Of a DNA stretch of 64,000 bases, positions 1 to 9,579 are shown piece after piece. Both the position numbers and the translations under genes were made by a program. The notes under the pieces are model-generated. The model saw only the letters and a program-made list of their open reading frames with translations, was not told the DNA's origin and did not search any database. Source of the stretch: an uncultured delta proteobacterium (GTDB taxonomy: Bacteria > Myxococcota_A > Polyangia > Polyangiales > Polyangiaceae). The first letter of the stretch is position 1. Each line of letters begins with the position of its first letter. Where the stretch lies: positions 4,864,001 through 4,928,000 of the forward strand of contig CAWDXG010000004.1 in the NCBI GenBank assembly GCA_963806225.1, written 5' to 3'.

Positions 1-86
1 ATCGATCCCCGGTTCGGAACGGCGCATAGCAGCGACACGGAGCGTAGCGCGTTCGCGCCCCGGTCAACCGGTGTACAATCGCCTTC

Positions 87-1694
87 ATGCTTCGACGTTG
101 ACGCTCCGCGATACTGGCTGCTGGCGCGCTGCTCGCGCTTTCCTGGGCCGGTTGCTCCGTCTCGACCAAGAGCGGCACGGCGTCCGGCGGCAGTGCAGGC
201 ACAGCGGCCTCGGGAGGCAACGGAGGCTCGATCCCCTGGCCCGACGGCGGGGGCGGCACGGCCGGCACCTCCACCGGCGGCACCTCGACGGGCGGCTCGG
301 GTGGCAGTGGCGGGGCACCGCTGCCCTGCGACTCGCGCTTCTCGTTCAGCAAGAATCCGGCGACCGTCGGCGTGCCGTTTACGGCGAGCTTCACCGATGC
401 GCCCGGCTACTCCTACGTGGGCATGAATGTGAGCGGGCCCGGCTCGCCGAAGACGACGTGGGTGGGCGTTTCCGGAACGCCGCACACCTGGAGCTGGACG
501 GTGTCGGGTCACGGCGCGGGCGTGCTCGACTTCACCTTCGTGAAGGACGCCAACGGTACGGCCGGAGCGCCCGTCGCCTCCTGCCAGATCTACTCGAACC
601 AGGGTGGCGGCGGCAGCGGGGGGACCGGTGGCAGCGGGGGAACGGGCGGCAGCGGCGGAACCGGTGGTTCGGGTGGCAGCGGCGGTGCGCCGCCGGTCAA
701 CCGCTACGGCATCGGCTACGTCAACGAGGGGAACGCGTCGGACAACGCGCTGTCGGCGAAGCTGACCGGGCCGGGCGGCTACGTGACAGTCATCTTTGCC
801 GACATCAAACCGGGGCGCACGAACGCGGATCAGTCGTGGAAGAACTCGATCTCCGATCTGTATTCCCGCGATCTGATCCCGGTGATCCGCATGGCGCCGC
901 CGTGGGGCGACCGCCGCGTGCGCAACATGGGCGAGAGCCCGACTTCGTACAAGGCGCTGGCGCAGGCCTACGTCGCGGTGATCAAGGATCTGCCGAAGCG
1001 CGCGGGTTGGCCGATGTACATCGAGGTGCACAACGAGCCGAACCTCTGTTACGAGTGGGCCTGCGACAGCGGCTCGCTGACGGCGCAGCAGATGGCGAGC
1101 GAGTATGCGCACATGCTGTCCGACGTAGCCGACGCGGTGCACGCTATCGGCGACCCGCGCATCAAGGTGCTGAACGGCGCGCTCGCACCGGGTGGCGTGA
1201 ACTCCTGCGACTGCTCGACGCAGGATGGCCCGCCCGGCACGCTGTCGGCGACCTTCCTCGGCTACATGAAGAGCGCGGTGCCCGGCGTGTTCGACAAGAT
1301 CGACGCCTTCGCCGCGCACTCGTATCCAGCCAACGGCGAGGGGTACGGCTTCTTCTGCGCGTACAGCGAGGCGATGCCGGGGCTGACCTATTTCAAGAAG
1401 GAACTATCCGCCATCGGCAAGCCGAACATGAAGGTCATCATGACGGAGACCGGCTGGACCATCTCGCATGCGCCGTACACGTGGTCGCGCGACCAGGTCG
1501 CCGACTACACCGTCTCGGCCTACCAGAACGTGTGGCTCACCGATCCGAACATCCTCGCCGTGACACCCTTCATCCTGCGCGACTCGAGCTGGAACGACTT
1601 CGCCTGGGTGCAGACGAACGGGACGCCGTATCCCGTCTACACCAAGGTCCGCGCCTACCGCTGCTCCCAGCCCGGCGCGCAGAACTGCAACTAG
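87..1694 (+). CDS. Secreted/lipoprotein clan GH-A glycoside hydrolase with Gly-rich linkers; interrupted by an in-frame TGA at codon 5 (possible pseudogene or sequence error)
   Basis: ORF 372..1694 extends upstream in frame through a signal peptide/lipobox (SAILAAGALLALSWAGC) to ATG 87, with TGA at 99-101. Acid/base motif IEVHNEPN and nucleophile motif VIMTETGW; AAHSYP. Confidence 0.7.
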
Positions 1695-1712
1695 CCCAGT
1701 CAGCCACCCGGG

Positions 1713-1955
1713 TCAGGACTGCTGGGTATCCGGCTCGTCGTCTTCTTCCTCGAGGGCGAGGGGGGGAGCGGGGATGGTGTCGTGCGCGTAGCCGTCCTGT
1801 TCGAGCTTCGCCTTCTTGGGATCGATGTCGGGCAGCGTTGCGCGGGGCTCGCTGTCCTTGTCCTCGCGCGAGTCGGGCGCGATCTGGATGCGTGGCTCGC
1901 TCGCCGTCGCTGTGCTCTCGGCGGGGCTCTTCTTGGTGGGGTGCTCGTCGCTCAT
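1713..1955 (-). CDS. Small acidic, probably disordered hypothetical protein (80 aa)
   Basis: Fills the gap between the GH gene and folB. K/E/D-rich composition, unlike the R/A/P-rich shadow ORFs. Confidence 0.55.
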   Translation of the reverse strand: MSDEHPTKKSPAESTATASEPRIQIAPDSREDKDSEPRATLPDIDPKKAKLEQDGYAHDTIPAPPLALEEEDDEPDTQQS

Positions 1956-2087
1956 GAAGACAGGCCGACCCCGTGGTCGGCTCCTGGGTCATGGTACACG
2001 AAACGGGCTTGCCACAAACCGGGCGGCCCGGCCGGCCGCAAATAGCACCACGACTCCAGTGACTTGGCGCGCCGACGCGGCGCGCCG

Positions 2088-2741
2088 CTACTGGCGCTGC
2101 GGCAGCGGCGGACAGGCGCAGGCGAAGAGCGTCGCGCGGTGACCGCTTGTGTTCTGGTAGGGCATCGGTCGTCCCTCGGGCCACACCCTGCAGTCGCGGA
2201 TCGGGCGCCCGTCGTCGAGCAACTCGCCGGCCACCCGCCACTCGAGCTGGCGGCGCGGCGGATCGTGATCCGGCGGCAGCTCCTGTCCGGGCTCGATGTG
2301 CAGGAGATACAGCCCGGCCTCGTGCGTCTCCAACAACACCTCGATCGCGCCCCAGCTCTGCGGCCGCTTCTCGGGTGGATACTGGGCGCGACGCCGCCGG
2401 ATCTGCACGGCAACCGAGCGCGCACGACCGTGCAGCGCGGCCGGCTTCTCGAGACGGATCCCCACCTCCTCTGCGACGCCGTTCAGGCCGAACAGCGCGG
2501 CAGCCAGTTCCTCGATGGCGACCTCGATCAACCGGTACTCGCGGAAGCGCAGCAGCGTGGTCACTTCCTCGGCGATGCGATCGTAGTCGCAGGTCTGCGT
2601 GATGCGACCGCTACGCCCTGCCGTCGACAGATCCAGACCGAGGTCGATGTCGAGCCGCACCGGCTGCTTGCGCCGGCGCTCGCGCGGCCGCAGGCCGACG
2701 ATGCACTCGAGCTCCAGGCCGACGATCTGGATGAGATCCAT
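2088..2741 (-). CDS. folB: Dihydroneopterin aldolase with a C-terminal cupin-like extension
   Basis: MDLIQIVGLELECIVGLRPRERRRKQPVRLDI...TCDYDRIA...YRLIE...IRLEKPAAL match the FolB pattern; about 95 extra residues follow. Confidence 0.85.
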   Translation of the reverse strand: MDLIQIVGLELECIVGLRPRERRRKQPVRLDIDLGLDLSTAGRSGRITQTCDYDRIAEEVTTLLRFREYRLIEVAIEELAAALFGLNGVAEEVGIRLEKPAALHGRARSVAVQIRRRRAQYPPEKRPQSWGAIEVLLETHEAGLYLLHIEPGQELPPDHDPPRRQLEWRVAGELLDDGRPIRDCRVWPEGRPMPYQNTSGHRATLFACACPPLPQRQ

Positions 2742-2928
2742 GGTCTTTGCTGCCGTGCGGCAAGGCCGGCGCGGCGCGACCATCCCACGCGGCCGAAGCC
2801 GACGCCAGCGTCTGCGCGCCGTACCCGCACTGCTCGCTTGCTCAGCACTCTGCGCTTTCCGTAGCGGAAAGGCTGTCTGCGCAGCGCTCCGCTTAGCCGG
2901 ATTCGCGTCTGTCCTCTACACTGTCGCC

Positions 2929-4617
2929 ATGACCCGTCGGGGCAGACTTTTCTTCGTGCTTGTCGCAGTCGCTCTGGCTGGCGGCGGTTGTGGTTCACGT
3001 ACCGGCATGCTCGACCCCTACGCGGCGAGTGGCGGCGCCGGCGGTTCCGGCGCCGGTGGCACGGCGGGTGTCGGCGGCACCGCGGGCATCGGTGGTGGCG
3101 GGACAGGAAACGTCAGCGGAACAGGAGGGGCGCCCGTCTGCGCGCAGCCCACCTGCAACGGCTGCCACAGCTGCATGAGCCTGTGCCTGTGCAAGGGCGA
3201 GTCGAGCTCCGTGTGCAACAGCGTGTGCGGGGGCACCGGTGGTGTCGGTGGTGTCGGTGGCGGCGGTTTCGGCGGCGTCGGCGGGGGGCCGACGTGCGGG
3301 CCGCCTGCCTGCAACGGTTGCCAGAGCTGCATGGACAGTTGTCTGTGCCTGGGCGGTTCGCCCGCCATCTGCAGCCAGAAGTGCGGCGGAGGTGACTGCT
3401 GCGTGCCGAGCGGGACCAAGAGCTGCAACAATCCCGGCATAGCCAAGTGCGTGTGCAAGTCCGATCCGTACTGCTGCAAGAACACCTGGGACGCTGCCTG
3501 CGTGAACGAGGTCAACACGCTCGGCTGCGGCACGTGCAACGTGGGCGGTAGCGGCGGAGTCGGCGGCATGGGCGGCGTCGCTGGATTCGGAGGAGTCGGC
3601 GGCGGCACCGGCGGAGTCGGCGGCGGCACCGGCGTGGTGTGTGGCGGGCAGCTCTGCGCGTCGCTCAGCATCGGGGGCTTCACGCTTCCGGCCTGTTGCC
3701 CGCCGGTCAACCCGAACACCTGCGGGCTGGACACGACCACCATCGCCGGCTTCGCTCCCGGCATTCCCAAGGGATGCGTCCTGCGCAACCAGCCCGGCTT
3801 CCCGGACCCCTCGTGTCCGCCGATGTCTGTCCCAGGTAACGGCTCACTGCCCGGTTGCTGCAAGCCCAGCGGGCTGTGTGGCAACCAGATGGGCCCGCTC
3901 GGTCTCGGTTGCGTAGACACCTCGCCCTACGGCGGACCGCCCGAGCAGAAGTGCGGGGGCGTCGGCGGCAGCGGCGGCTTCGGCGGGACCGCTGGTTTCG
4001 GCGGCAGCGGCGGCTTCGGCGGGACCGCTGGTTTCGGCGGAACGGGAGCGGTTGCCGGCGCCGGCGGCACAGGCGGATACACAGGCGACTGCTGCACGCA
4101 GCAGCAGGGACCGGGCTGCAACGACCCGGGCGTCTACAAGTGCGTCTGCCAAACCGACGCTTTCTGCTGCAAGACGCGCTGGGACTCGATCTGCGTGAAC
4201 GAGATCAGCTCGCTCAACTGCGGCGCCTGCGCCGGCAGCGGCGGCGCGGGTGGCGCAGCGGGTGGTCCCGGCTCCGGCGGCAGCGGCGGCTTCGGCGGCG
4301 GCGTCTCGGGCGGAGGCGGCGTCTCGGGTGGCGGCGGCACCGGCGGCGTCGGCCAATGCGTGGCGCAGTCGAAGACGGCCTGTCGCGCGTGCGCCTGCCA
4401 GTCGTGTTTCTCCCAGCTCGGCGCCTGCATCGCGGACTTTGGCTGCCCGCAGATCCTCCAGTGCGTGCGGAAGACCGGGTGCACCGGTCCGAACTGCTAC
4501 CTGCCCGGCACCTGCAAGGGCGTGATCGACAACTTCGGCGGTCCTACGGGCTCCTCGGCGCAGAACGCGATCCAGCTGTACGCCTGCACGCAGCAGGCCG
4601 GTTGCCCCTGCCCGTAG
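2929..4617 (+). CDS. Modular Cys-rich/Gly-rich surface lipoprotein
   Basis: Signal MTRRGRLFFVLVAVALAGGGC; duplicated Cys modules separated by GGxGG linkers; TACACT 6 nt before the ATG. Confidence 0.8.
   Translation: MTRRGRLFFVLVAVALAGGGCGSRTGMLDPYAASGGAGGSGAGGTAGVGGTAGIGGGGTGNVSGTGGAPVCAQPTCNGCHSCMSLCLCKGESSSVCNSVCGGTGGVGGVGGGGFGGVGGGPTCGPPACNGCQSCMDSCLCLGGSPAICSQKCGGGDCCVPSGTKSCNNPGIAKCVCKSDPYCCKNTWDAACVNEVNTLGCGTCNVGGSGGVGGMGGVAGFGGVGGGTGGVGGGTGVVCGGQLCASLSIGGFTLPACCPPVNPNTCGLDTTTIAGFAPGIPKGCVLRNQPGFPDPSCPPMSVPGNGSLPGCCKPSGLCGNQMGPLGLGCVDTSPYGGPPEQKCGGVGGSGGFGGTAGFGGSGGFGGTAGFGGTGAVAGAGGTGGYTGDCCTQQQGPGCNDPGVYKCVCQTDAFCCKTRWDSICVNEISSLNCGACAGSGGAGGAAGGPGSGGSGGFGGGVSGGGGVSGGGGTGGVGQCVAQSKTACRACACQSCFSQLGACIADFGCPQILQCVRKTGCTGPNCYLPGTCKGVIDNFGGPTGSSAQNAIQLYACTQQAGCPCP
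3964..4035 (+). repeat. Exact 36-bp tandem duplication encoding GGSGGFGGTAGF twice
   Basis: ggcggcagcggcggcttcggcgggaccgctggtttc at 3964-3999 and 4000-4035. Confidence 0.9.
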
Positions 4618-4644
4618 GCGACGGCTGCGCGGGCGCCGGCGCGC

Positions 4645-4902
4645 TCAGGCGTCCTGGTGGGTTGGCGCGGGCTCGTCGAGCTCCGCCACCGGATCGGACT
4701 CGAGCTCGGGCGCGGGCCGCTTCTTCTTCTTCTTCTTCCGGCGCCGCGGAGGAGGATCCGGATCGCCGGCGATGCCCTTCTTGAAGTTGCGGATCCCCTT
4801 GCCCAGGCCGCCGCCGAGATCCCCCAGCTTCTGTGGTCCGAACAGCAGCAGCACCACCACGAGCACGACGAGGATGTGCTCAATGCTGAACTCACCACCC
4901 AT
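4645..4902 (-). CDS. tatA: Twin-arginine translocase TatA/E family subunit
   Basis: [36 protein letters not shown] helix, FG hinge and amphipathic helix. Confidence 0.85.
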   Translation of the reverse strand: MGGEFSIEHILVVLVVVLLLFGPQKLGDLGGGLGKGIRNFKKGIAGDPDPPPRRRKKKKKKRPAPELESDPVAELDEPAPTHQDA

Positions 4903-5010
4903 GGGAAGGCTCCATTCGGGCAATCGCAGTCATGTCGAATCGTGGCGGAGCATTCCACACGCCACCGCATGGGCAACCCGCAGGGCCTCCGCGCTATTCC
5001 TGCCGCGCAG

Positions 5011-5448
5011 CTAGTGCGTCACGACAGGCTGCTGCGACTGCTCCACGAACGCCACCGGCCAGGACACCTCTTCGCGGCTCCAGCTTCCACCGCCCGTGTG
5101 GCGCCATTCCACGCGCAGATCGTACTGTCCGAGCACAGGCGGCATCGGCAGGCCCATGGTGCGGGTCCGGTAGCGTGGCGTCACGGACCGGTGGGAAAGG
5201 ACGTCGCTGACGGTCTCGAGGCTGGTGGCCGTCGCGATCAGCAGGAAACGCATCTCGAAGTCGGTCGATAGCTCGCCCGCCGAGAGCTCCCAGTAGGCGT
5301 GGATTTCGAGCGGGATGACCCCGCCGGGGGGCGGCGGCGCATTCGGCGGCACGTTGAGCTGTTCGACCAGATTGAACAGCGTCACGTTGTTCGAGTGCTG
5401 ATCCACGGACGAGCCGCTGCACAGCGTCAACAGATAGCAACGAGGCAC
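5011..5448 (-). CDS. Conserved hypothetical beta-sandwich protein (DUF6941-like)
   Basis: LLTLCSGSSVDQHSNNVTLFNLVEQL...GQYDLRVEW pattern; protein-like composition. Confidence 0.6.
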   Translation of the reverse strand: MPRCYLLTLCSGSSVDQHSNNVTLFNLVEQLNVPPNAPPPPGGVIPLEIHAYWELSAGELSTDFEMRFLLIATATSLETVSDVLSHRSVTPRYRTRTMGLPMPPVLGQYDLRVEWRHTGGGSWSREEVSWPVAFVEQSQQPVVTH

Positions 5449-5554
5449 GCCGCCTCATCTACAACTTCTAGCCCGAAAGCGCACGCGCCTATCGGTGAAG
5501 CCGGGATCCGGGCGTGCGTTCCCGGCTCACAGCGTGGGGCGCGAGCGCGGGTCC

Positions 5555-6388
5555 CTACGGCACCGGTGCGTTCGAGGTGTTGTGAGGAGCCGCTGGCGTC
5601 ACGCTGGCGAAATCGCTCGCGTTGTTGTTCGTGTCCTGGCAGTTGCCGCCGCTGCCGCCGGGCTTGCGCTCGAGTGCCACATCGGCGTTGCCGGCGGTGC
5701 TGTCGTCGTGCGGGGAGTTGTCGACCGGCGCACCTTCGCACTGGTAGCTCGAGTCGAGATGGGACTTCGTCGTCGAATCGAAGTAGAAGCAGACGGCGTC
5801 CACGATGCTGTTGCCGTGCTGCAGCTGCACGGCGCCAGCGTCGGTGATACCAGACGTGAGGAGATCGTCGCTTGCGGGACTCTGCGTGAAGGCGGAGCCC
5901 CCGATCAGGAAGTGACCATGCACGGGAATTGTCTTTCCGCCACCGGTCCAGCGCGTCGTGAAGCTCGAGCCCGTGTCGCTCCGTGCCACGATTGTCCAGC
6001 TGCTGTCGAGCGTCACTGCGGAGCCCGTCGGGTTGTACAGCTCGATGAAGTCGTCCGAGCCCCCGGCGGGTCCGCGTGTGCGGAGCTGTCCGATCACCAC
6101 GTGAGACAGCCCGCACGTCGCGCCTCCGCCGCTTCCGCCTGCGCCGCCAGTTCCCGCTGTCCCTCCGGTGCCGCCAGCGCCAGCCGTGCCCGCGCTGCCG
6201 CTGGCACCGCCGCTGCCGCCGCCGCTGCCGCCCGCGGCCGCGGCGCCGCCCGTCCCCGCGTAGCCCCCACTTCCGCCGAAGCCGGTCGCCGGCACACCCG
6301 CGGCCTGTGCGCAGCCACCCAGGACAAGCGCCGCAACCGTCACGGCGGCACGATGGAATCGATTGAGAAGGAAACAGCGCATCGACAC
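5555..6388 (-). CDS. Lipoprotein with Gly-rich linker and lamin-tail domain
   Basis: Lipobox LGGC; VVIGQLRTRGPAGGSDDFIELYNPTGSAVTL...W and DTNNNASDF motifs. Confidence 0.8.
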   Translation of the reverse strand: MSMRCFLLNRFHRAAVTVAALVLGGCAQAAGVPATGFGGSGGYAGTGGAAAAGGSGGGSGGASGSAGTAGAGGTGGTAGTGGAGGSGGGATCGLSHVVIGQLRTRGPAGGSDDFIELYNPTGSAVTLDSSWTIVARSDTGSSFTTRWTGGGKTIPVHGHFLIGGSAFTQSPASDDLLTSGITDAGAVQLQHGNSIVDAVCFYFDSTTKSHLDSSYQCEGAPVDNSPHDDSTAGNADVALERKPGGSGGNCQDTNNNASDFASVTPAAPHNTSNAPVP

Positions 6389-6511
6389 ACCTCGAATCGA
6401 ATGCCCGCTACCACGGATTCGGCGCGTGCGTTAGTCGTGACCTGACGTTGGTAGCGTGAGGGTTCCGGTTGGGCGCTCGACGCGCGCGCGCCGTTCGGCC
6501 AAGCTCGAATC

Positions 6512-6940
6512 GTGGCCGCTCCTCCGCCCCATCCGCAGCATTTCGCGAGCGCGCCGCCCCCGCCAGCGCAGCGTGTGCGACGGAACGTCGTCGTCGGCGT
6601 GCTCGCCGCGGTGCTGGTGGCCGGCGCGCTGGCCGATGCGGTCGTGGCCAATCGGCGCGCCGCGCGCGCCGAAGAGCAAATCCGGCAGGAGAAGGCCGCG
6701 CGTCGCGCCGCAGAGCTCGCGCGCCAGGGCGAGATGCGCCGCACCGCCGCCCAGGTGGAGGCCCTGAAGCAACGCATGCACGCTCTGGCCGTGGACGCAG
6801 GGGTCAGCGGGCGGATGGAATCGAAAGTCCGGTCCCAGGACGCCGAGGCGCCGCTAGAGCCTGTGGTCCTGCCGCGCCTCGAAGTTCCGCCGGCACCCGG
6901 TTGGAAGGCGAAGCACACGTACGGGTGGACTGCACGGTGA
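6512..6940 (+). CDS. Hypothetical single-TM coiled-coil protein (start uncertain)
   Basis: Hydrophobic stretch VVVGVLAAVLVAGALA followed by an E/R/A/Q helix; stop overlaps the next start (GTGA at 6937-6940). Confidence 0.55.
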   Translation: MAAPPPHPQHFASAPPPPAQRVRRNVVVGVLAAVLVAGALADAVVANRRAARAEEQIRQEKAARRAAELARQGEMRRTAAQVEALKQRMHALAVDAGVSGRMESKVRSQDAEAPLEPVVLPRLEVPPAPGWKAKHTYGWTAR

Positions 6941-8538
6941 GCGAGCCGCTGTCGTTCCGGGGACGCCTTGGCCGGGACCGTATCGCCGCCGCGTCGCTGG
7001 TCCTGCTGGGCGCCGTCCTGTTGCTGCTGACAACCCATCACGGGCCGGGGCTATGCAACGACTCGAGCCGGCTGGCCGCGGCTGACTCGCTGGCGAATCA
7101 CGGCACGTTCGTCATCGATCACTCGTACTTCTCGTACACCTGCGACAAGATCAAGGTCGCGGGGCACTTCTACTCCGACAAGCCTCCGGTCCAGTCGCTG
7201 TATCTGGCGGGGGTGCTGGCGGCGGTGCAACCGCTCACCCACTGGACCGTGGCTCGCGATCTCGGCTCGCTGTACTTCGTGCTCGCGCTCCTGTCGTCGG
7301 GGCTCTCGTTCCTGCTCTGCCTGCTCGGCGTCTACCGGCTGTCGCGCCTGGCCGGGCTCGAGATCGGGTGGTCGATGTTGCTCGCGGCGAGCGCATGCGC
7401 GGCGACGCTGATGCTGCCGTACTCGACGGTCATCAGCAGCCACGCCGTGGGAGCGCCGTTTGTCGTGTGGCTCTTCGTGCTCGTGTACGGCGAGCGCAGG
7501 CGCCCGGGGCATCCGACCGCAGCGCGCGCTCTCGGCATGGGGCTGCTCGCTGGGCTCGGCGCCGTGGTCGAGCCGCTCTCGGTGGCGTTCAGCGCGCCGC
7601 TGCTGATCGCGGCCCTGTCCTATGCGGAGAGTCGCTCCAGGATCGGCTGGGTCGTGCTCGGCGGCCTGTTGCCGCTCGTTCCCCACATCGCGATCACCCA
7701 TCACCTCAGCGGAAGCCTGCTTCTGCCGAACATCGATCCCGCTCACTTCCAGTTCGCCGGCTCGATGCACACCAAGAAGAACCTGAGCGGGGTGGGCTGG
7801 GCGCACCACAGCCTGCACGGCTTTTTCGTGTACGCGTTCCACTCGCTCGTGGGCTACCGCGGAGCCGCGCTCTATAGCCCGCCTGCGGCCCTGGGAGCGC
7901 TGTGCACGGCGGCGCTGGCTTCGGGCGTAGGAGGCAGCGATCGCGACCGGCGCCTGTTCGTGGCTGTGTGCGTGGGAATGCTCGCCTTCTTCGTCCTGAC
8001 TCTCGGATTCAGCAACAACTACTCGGGCTGGTCCTACGGCGTGCGCTGGCAAGCGACGCCCGCGCCGCTCGTTGCTGCGATGACCGGCATCTTCATGGTG
8101 CGCGTGCGCGTGCGCCTGCGGCAGCTGGTTGCTGCGGGACTCGTGACGACCACGGCGATCGGAGCGGTGCTCGCCGGGCTGGGCACGCTGGATCCGTGGA
8201 CGCCCTCCACGAACAAGGAGTTTTCCTTTGTCGAGGTCGTCAGCGACAAGCCCGTCTACATCCAGGCTCTGCTCCGGCAAGCGGCCGTGCTCGCCGCCAT
8301 GAAGCGCTACGCGGCCGCCAGGCACACGGCCGAACAGGTCCTGTGTCGCTCGTCCTCCGTGGACAAGGCGTGGGTGCTCGTCATAGGCACGTCCATGCAG
8401 CTCGGCGACACGGCGCGTCTGCTCGACTACCGCACGCGCCTCGAGAGCGCTGCGCCCGCGCTCCCGCCCCGCTTTCGAGAAGAGGCGGTGGCCAGGATCG
8501 ACGCCTTCCTCGCCCAGCACGGAACGGCAAGCCGCTAG
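6937..8538 (+). CDS. Polytopic membrane protein, probable GT-C-fold glycosyltransferase
   Basis: First loop NDSSR...FYSDKPP, many TM segments, WSYGVRW motif, helical C-terminal domain. Confidence 0.6.
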   Translation: MSEPLSFRGRLGRDRIAAASLVLLGAVLLLLTTHHGPGLCNDSSRLAAADSLANHGTFVIDHSYFSYTCDKIKVAGHFYSDKPPVQSLYLAGVLAAVQPLTHWTVARDLGSLYFVLALLSSGLSFLLCLLGVYRLSRLAGLEIGWSMLLAASACAATLMLPYSTVISSHAVGAPFVVWLFVLVYGERRRPGHPTAARALGMGLLAGLGAVVEPLSVAFSAPLLIAALSYAESRSRIGWVVLGGLLPLVPHIAITHHLSGSLLLPNIDPAHFQFAGSMHTKKNLSGVGWAHHSLHGFFVYAFHSLVGYRGAALYSPPAALGALCTAALASGVGGSDRDRRLFVAVCVGMLAFFVLTLGFSNNYSGWSYGVRWQATPAPLVAAMTGIFMVRVRVRLRQLVAAGLVTTTAIGAVLAGLGTLDPWTPSTNKEFSFVEVVSDKPVYIQALLRQAAVLAAMKRYAAARHTAEQVLCRSSSVDKAWVLVIGTSMQLGDTARLLDYRTRLESAAPALPPRFREEAVARIDAFLAQHGTASR

Positions 8539-8548
8539 ACTCCGGCGA

Positions 8549-8905
8549 TCACGTTCCGTAGCAGCACTCGTCGGGTCGCCGCGCGCTGCAGCTCTCGCTG
8601 GACTTCACGCGCCACACGTGCCGGAAGCAGCGGCTGGTGCAGCTCTGCACGCTCATGCCGCAGGAGCTGAAGTCATAGCTGTCGCACGCGCTGCCGTTCG
8701 AAGGCGAGTCGTCGGGGCCCTCGCAGCAGCTCGCCGGCAGGCAGCTCCGGCAGGAGCACAGGCGCGTGTCGGTGATACTCGCGCCCGGCTTGGGCGGGAC
8801 GGGGAGCCAGCGCCGTCCGCCGCCCAGCCGGGGCTGGCCGCCGGCCTGCGTGGCCCCGCTCGAGCAGGCGACCAGACCCAGGGCGAATAGCACTGCGACG
8901 CGCAT
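8549..8905 (-). CDS. Small Cys-rich lipoprotein
   Basis: MRVAVLFALGLVAC lipobox; 12 further Cys in the mature part (CSCRSCLPASCC...CC). Confidence 0.65.
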   Translation of the reverse strand: MRVAVLFALGLVACSSGATQAGGQPRLGGGRRWLPVPPKPGASITDTRLCSCRSCLPASCCEGPDDSPSNGSACDSYDFSSCGMSVQSCTSRCFRHVWRVKSSESCSARRPDECCYGT

Positions 8906-9117
8906 CGCTCTGACCGACACCTCTCCGCTACGTGTTCTTTGCCCGCGCCGGCGCGGGGGCTTGATGCGGTTCTGTTCAGTGAGCGGCATCAGTTGCGGAA
9001 TGCCCCTGCGCTAGGGTCGGCCGGACGCTGCTCGTCATGGTCGAGACGCAGAACGCGGACGCATTGACCATGGACGCTGACGCTCCCAGGGCGGCATCAT
9101 CAGCGCGGGAGGTCTGG

Positions 9118-9579
9118 ATGGGCGTTGGGAAGGCCGTGGTTTCGTTTCTGGTATTGGCTGGGGCTTCCGTTGCCGGGCTCGGGTGCAGCAGCTCTGGACG
9201 CACGGCGTCCGGCGGTGCCGGCACGCTGTATAGCGCGACGTGCGAACAGGCCTGCGACAAGACCATCGCGTGCGGCGATACGACTTCCACGCGCGACGCC
9301 TGCGTGACGGACTGCAGGACGGAGCCGTGGGCCGGCAACTACCGACAATGCAAGGCCGGCACCTGCGGGCTCACGGACGCCCAGTGCGAGAAGTTCGGCG
9401 TCAAGACGTGCGTGGACGCGTGCCAGAAGAAGGTGAGCTGTGGCTCTGTCCCCCAGAGCGGCTACGACCAGTGCGTGGCTGACTGCAAGACGGAGCCTTG
9501 GCCCGGCAACTACATCGATTGCGAGGCCACCGTGTGCGGCGCCACCGACGCCCAGTGCGAGTCGTTCACGGGCAACTGA
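9118..9579 (+). CDS. Cys-rich lipoprotein with two tandem ~55-aa repeats
   Basis: GGGAGG upstream; signal ending GLGC; repeats TCxxACxKxxxCG...CVxDCxTEPWxGNYxxCxAxxCGxTDAQCExF. Confidence 0.8.
   Translation: MGVGKAVVSFLVLAGASVAGLGCSSSGRTASGGAGTLYSATCEQACDKTIACGDTTSTRDACVTDCRTEPWAGNYRQCKAGTCGLTDAQCEKFGVKTCVDACQKKVSCGSVPQSGYDQCVADCKTEPWPGNYIDCEATVCGATDAQCESFTGN

Noticed and set aside
99..101. TGA as selenocysteine or genetic-code reassignment
   Set aside because: It lies in a signal peptide, not a catalytic Cys position, and TGA terminates many conserved genes here.
71..1957. 628-aa ORF and many similar R/A/G/P-rich ORFs across the window
   Set aside because: Alternative frames that lack stops because of high GC; no recognisable motifs.
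3031..4350. GGC-rich repeats as CRISPR or a non-coding array
   Set aside because: They are in-frame Gly linkers with no repeat-spacer periodicity.
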